Assembly: GCF_036321535.1 (NCBI RefSeq)
Contig: NC_087437.1
Location: 83,330,001-83,394,000, forward strand
Source: Camelus dromedarius
Lineage: Eukaryota
Direction of reading: 5' to 3'
DNA length: 64,000 nt
Under the pieces are notes generated by a model. The model saw only the letters and a list, made by a program, of their open reading frames with translations, was not told the DNA's origin and searched no databases. The translations under genes and the position numbers were made by a program. Positions 62,148-64,000 of this stretch are shown piece by piece. Each line of letters opens with the position of its first letter. The first letter of the stretch is position 1.

Positions 62148-64000
62148 CCTAATGTAAAAGCCAAGGGTTTCCCAGAGATTGCAATTTAACTGCTACTGCA
62201 GGTGAGACAGGAGGGAGTGAGTGGCAGAGACGGTGGCAACTACAGGCAGTCTGCTCCCCTGGGGGTTGTGGCTGGACAGTTTCAGCCTTCTCTTCTGATG
62301 AGAGAACTTGAGCCCAGTGTTTGCCAGATTCTGATTTTTCAAAAGAAAAATTCATATTTTCATGTGAAATTTTCCAATTTAATACACCACATGGGCTATC
62401 CAAACAGTCTGCAGACCATCTCTTAATCTGGTCTGACTTCCTCATTTCACAGATGAAGAAATGGAGACCTCACTGAGCTCATGATCTGATAGGCACCCAG
62501 TAAGTCATAGAAACGGTGGTGTCTCAAGCAGGCACTATCTGGTGGCTCATTCACCGAAATGCTCTCCAGAGGTATTTCCTTTATAGGAGACTGGCCGTTA
62601 AGTAACGTCAGGTGTGTATTCCCAGAGTTCACGAGTTCAGGAGCAGTTTCATCGACCCCCAAGATTTGCTCCGTATAATGCACCATGTCCTCTCTTAGAA
62701 GTTTCAAAAGCATCTGGGACCTGGAAATAGACCTTGGATCCAGAATTATCAAGGTTTTCTTTGTGATCAAAAATCGAATCAACTGATTTTCCCATACTTT
62801 ACCGCATTCCTTGAATTTGCCTCCATGTAGCCTAATAGAACATTTTTTGCTACATTTTGTATTTTTCTAAAGAAAAATAATAAGTCTACAAAAGGATTTT
62901 AAATTTTTCCTCCACGTTGAGACTACAAGCTGGGCTTCAGGTGCCCTGGTTCACAGCAGCACTCGTTTGAGGAGAAAATGTCTGTGTTGATGGCAGGCCC
63001 TGCTCCCAGGAGGACAAGGAGAATGCAGGGACGAGGTGGTACTAAGCCTCGGCTGGATCCTTATTTGGAAAAGACCCTAGATGACAAGTCCAGTCTGGTC
63101 TAGATAATTCATAAAGCACTATTGCACAAATCTAATAATGATTTTTACGCAGAAAAAAATACAGAGAATCTCGATTATGCTCTCCCCGATGTGATTTTTC
63201 ATATTTAAATATGAATAATTTAAGTATGAATAATTCCTAGTGTAGGAACTATTTTTCATTTTCTTAAGCATTTTTCACACTGTCATAGACATCATTATGG
63301 TATTTTTAATCACTCCATACTATTACTTTGAACTAAAGGACCAAAATTACCTACTTCATTATTGAACATTTATTTTCAAGCTTGCACTATTATAAATAAA
63401 AGCAATAAATATTTTCATGCATGTAATTTTTCCTTTACCAATAAAAATTATAATATTCCTAGAATTAAATTACTAAGTCAAAGCATATAAATTATCTTCA
63501 TAGCTCTCGAAATTGACTTCTAAAGGGGTTTTACCAATATTTTTATTGCTACCTACGAAGTATAAATGTTTCCATTTCATCATATCCTTAGCAGCTAACT
63601 TTTTTTTTGTTTTCTGCTCATTTAATAGGTATAAAATGGTATTTATAGTTTTAATTGTTATCTCACTGTTAACTGTCTAGGTTAAATATTTTTAATAAGT
63701 TTGTTAATTATATCCTCCCTTGGGTAAACAGCCTATTCAAACAGGCCTAGTTGTTTTCATGTCCTGTTCCTAGTAAACTAATCAAATGCATAGGCCCTTA
63801 CGAAAGCAGTTTGGTAAAGCAACCAGTTGAGTGTGACTCAAAATGAGTTTCTGTCTTTCCACTTAATAAACACCAATGCATCAGGATGAGTTAGATGTAT
63901 TTGCTTTTCCTCAAACAGTTAGAGTACTTTTAAATTTTTTGCCTAATATGTCCACCTCAAAAAACTCCTTTATTCCCCCGAAACCACTCAAAATCCAGCC

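Noticed and set aside
58480..64000. The next GABRR3 coding exon
   Set aside because: No match to the expected ..DFAMRPGFGG peptide seen; it probably lies beyond the window

Overview
Mammalian genomic DNA, most likely a camelid (two tRNA-Ala-derived Vic-1-type SINEs). The window covers the end of a class II olfactory receptor cluster (three intact minus-strand OR5AC-like genes) and the first coding exon of GABRR3 on the plus strand, the same OR5AC/GABRR3 neighbourhood as in human. OR2 and OR3 sit in an old tandem duplication, and the 5' half of OR2 is nearly identical to OR1, which suggests gene conversion. Much of the rest is L1, LTR, SINE and DNA-transposon debris. The standout feature is a 6.26-kb defective class I endogenous retrovirus (21517-27778; two LTRs, 4-bp TSD, tRNA-Thr PBS). 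Its gag is interrupted by a 447-nt spliced, circularly permuted ATXN7 fragment bounded by a 12-nt sequence shared by gag and ATXN7 (KPQA codons). This is what one lap of reverse transcription around an ATXN7 circular RNA would leave. Other notable items are a tailless tRNA-Cys 5'-half retrocopy, a solo poly(A) insertion, loss of the [10 protein letters not shown] cysteine in all three ORs, and a candidate CTCF boundary. Gene and repeat names come from recalled sequences, not database searches.
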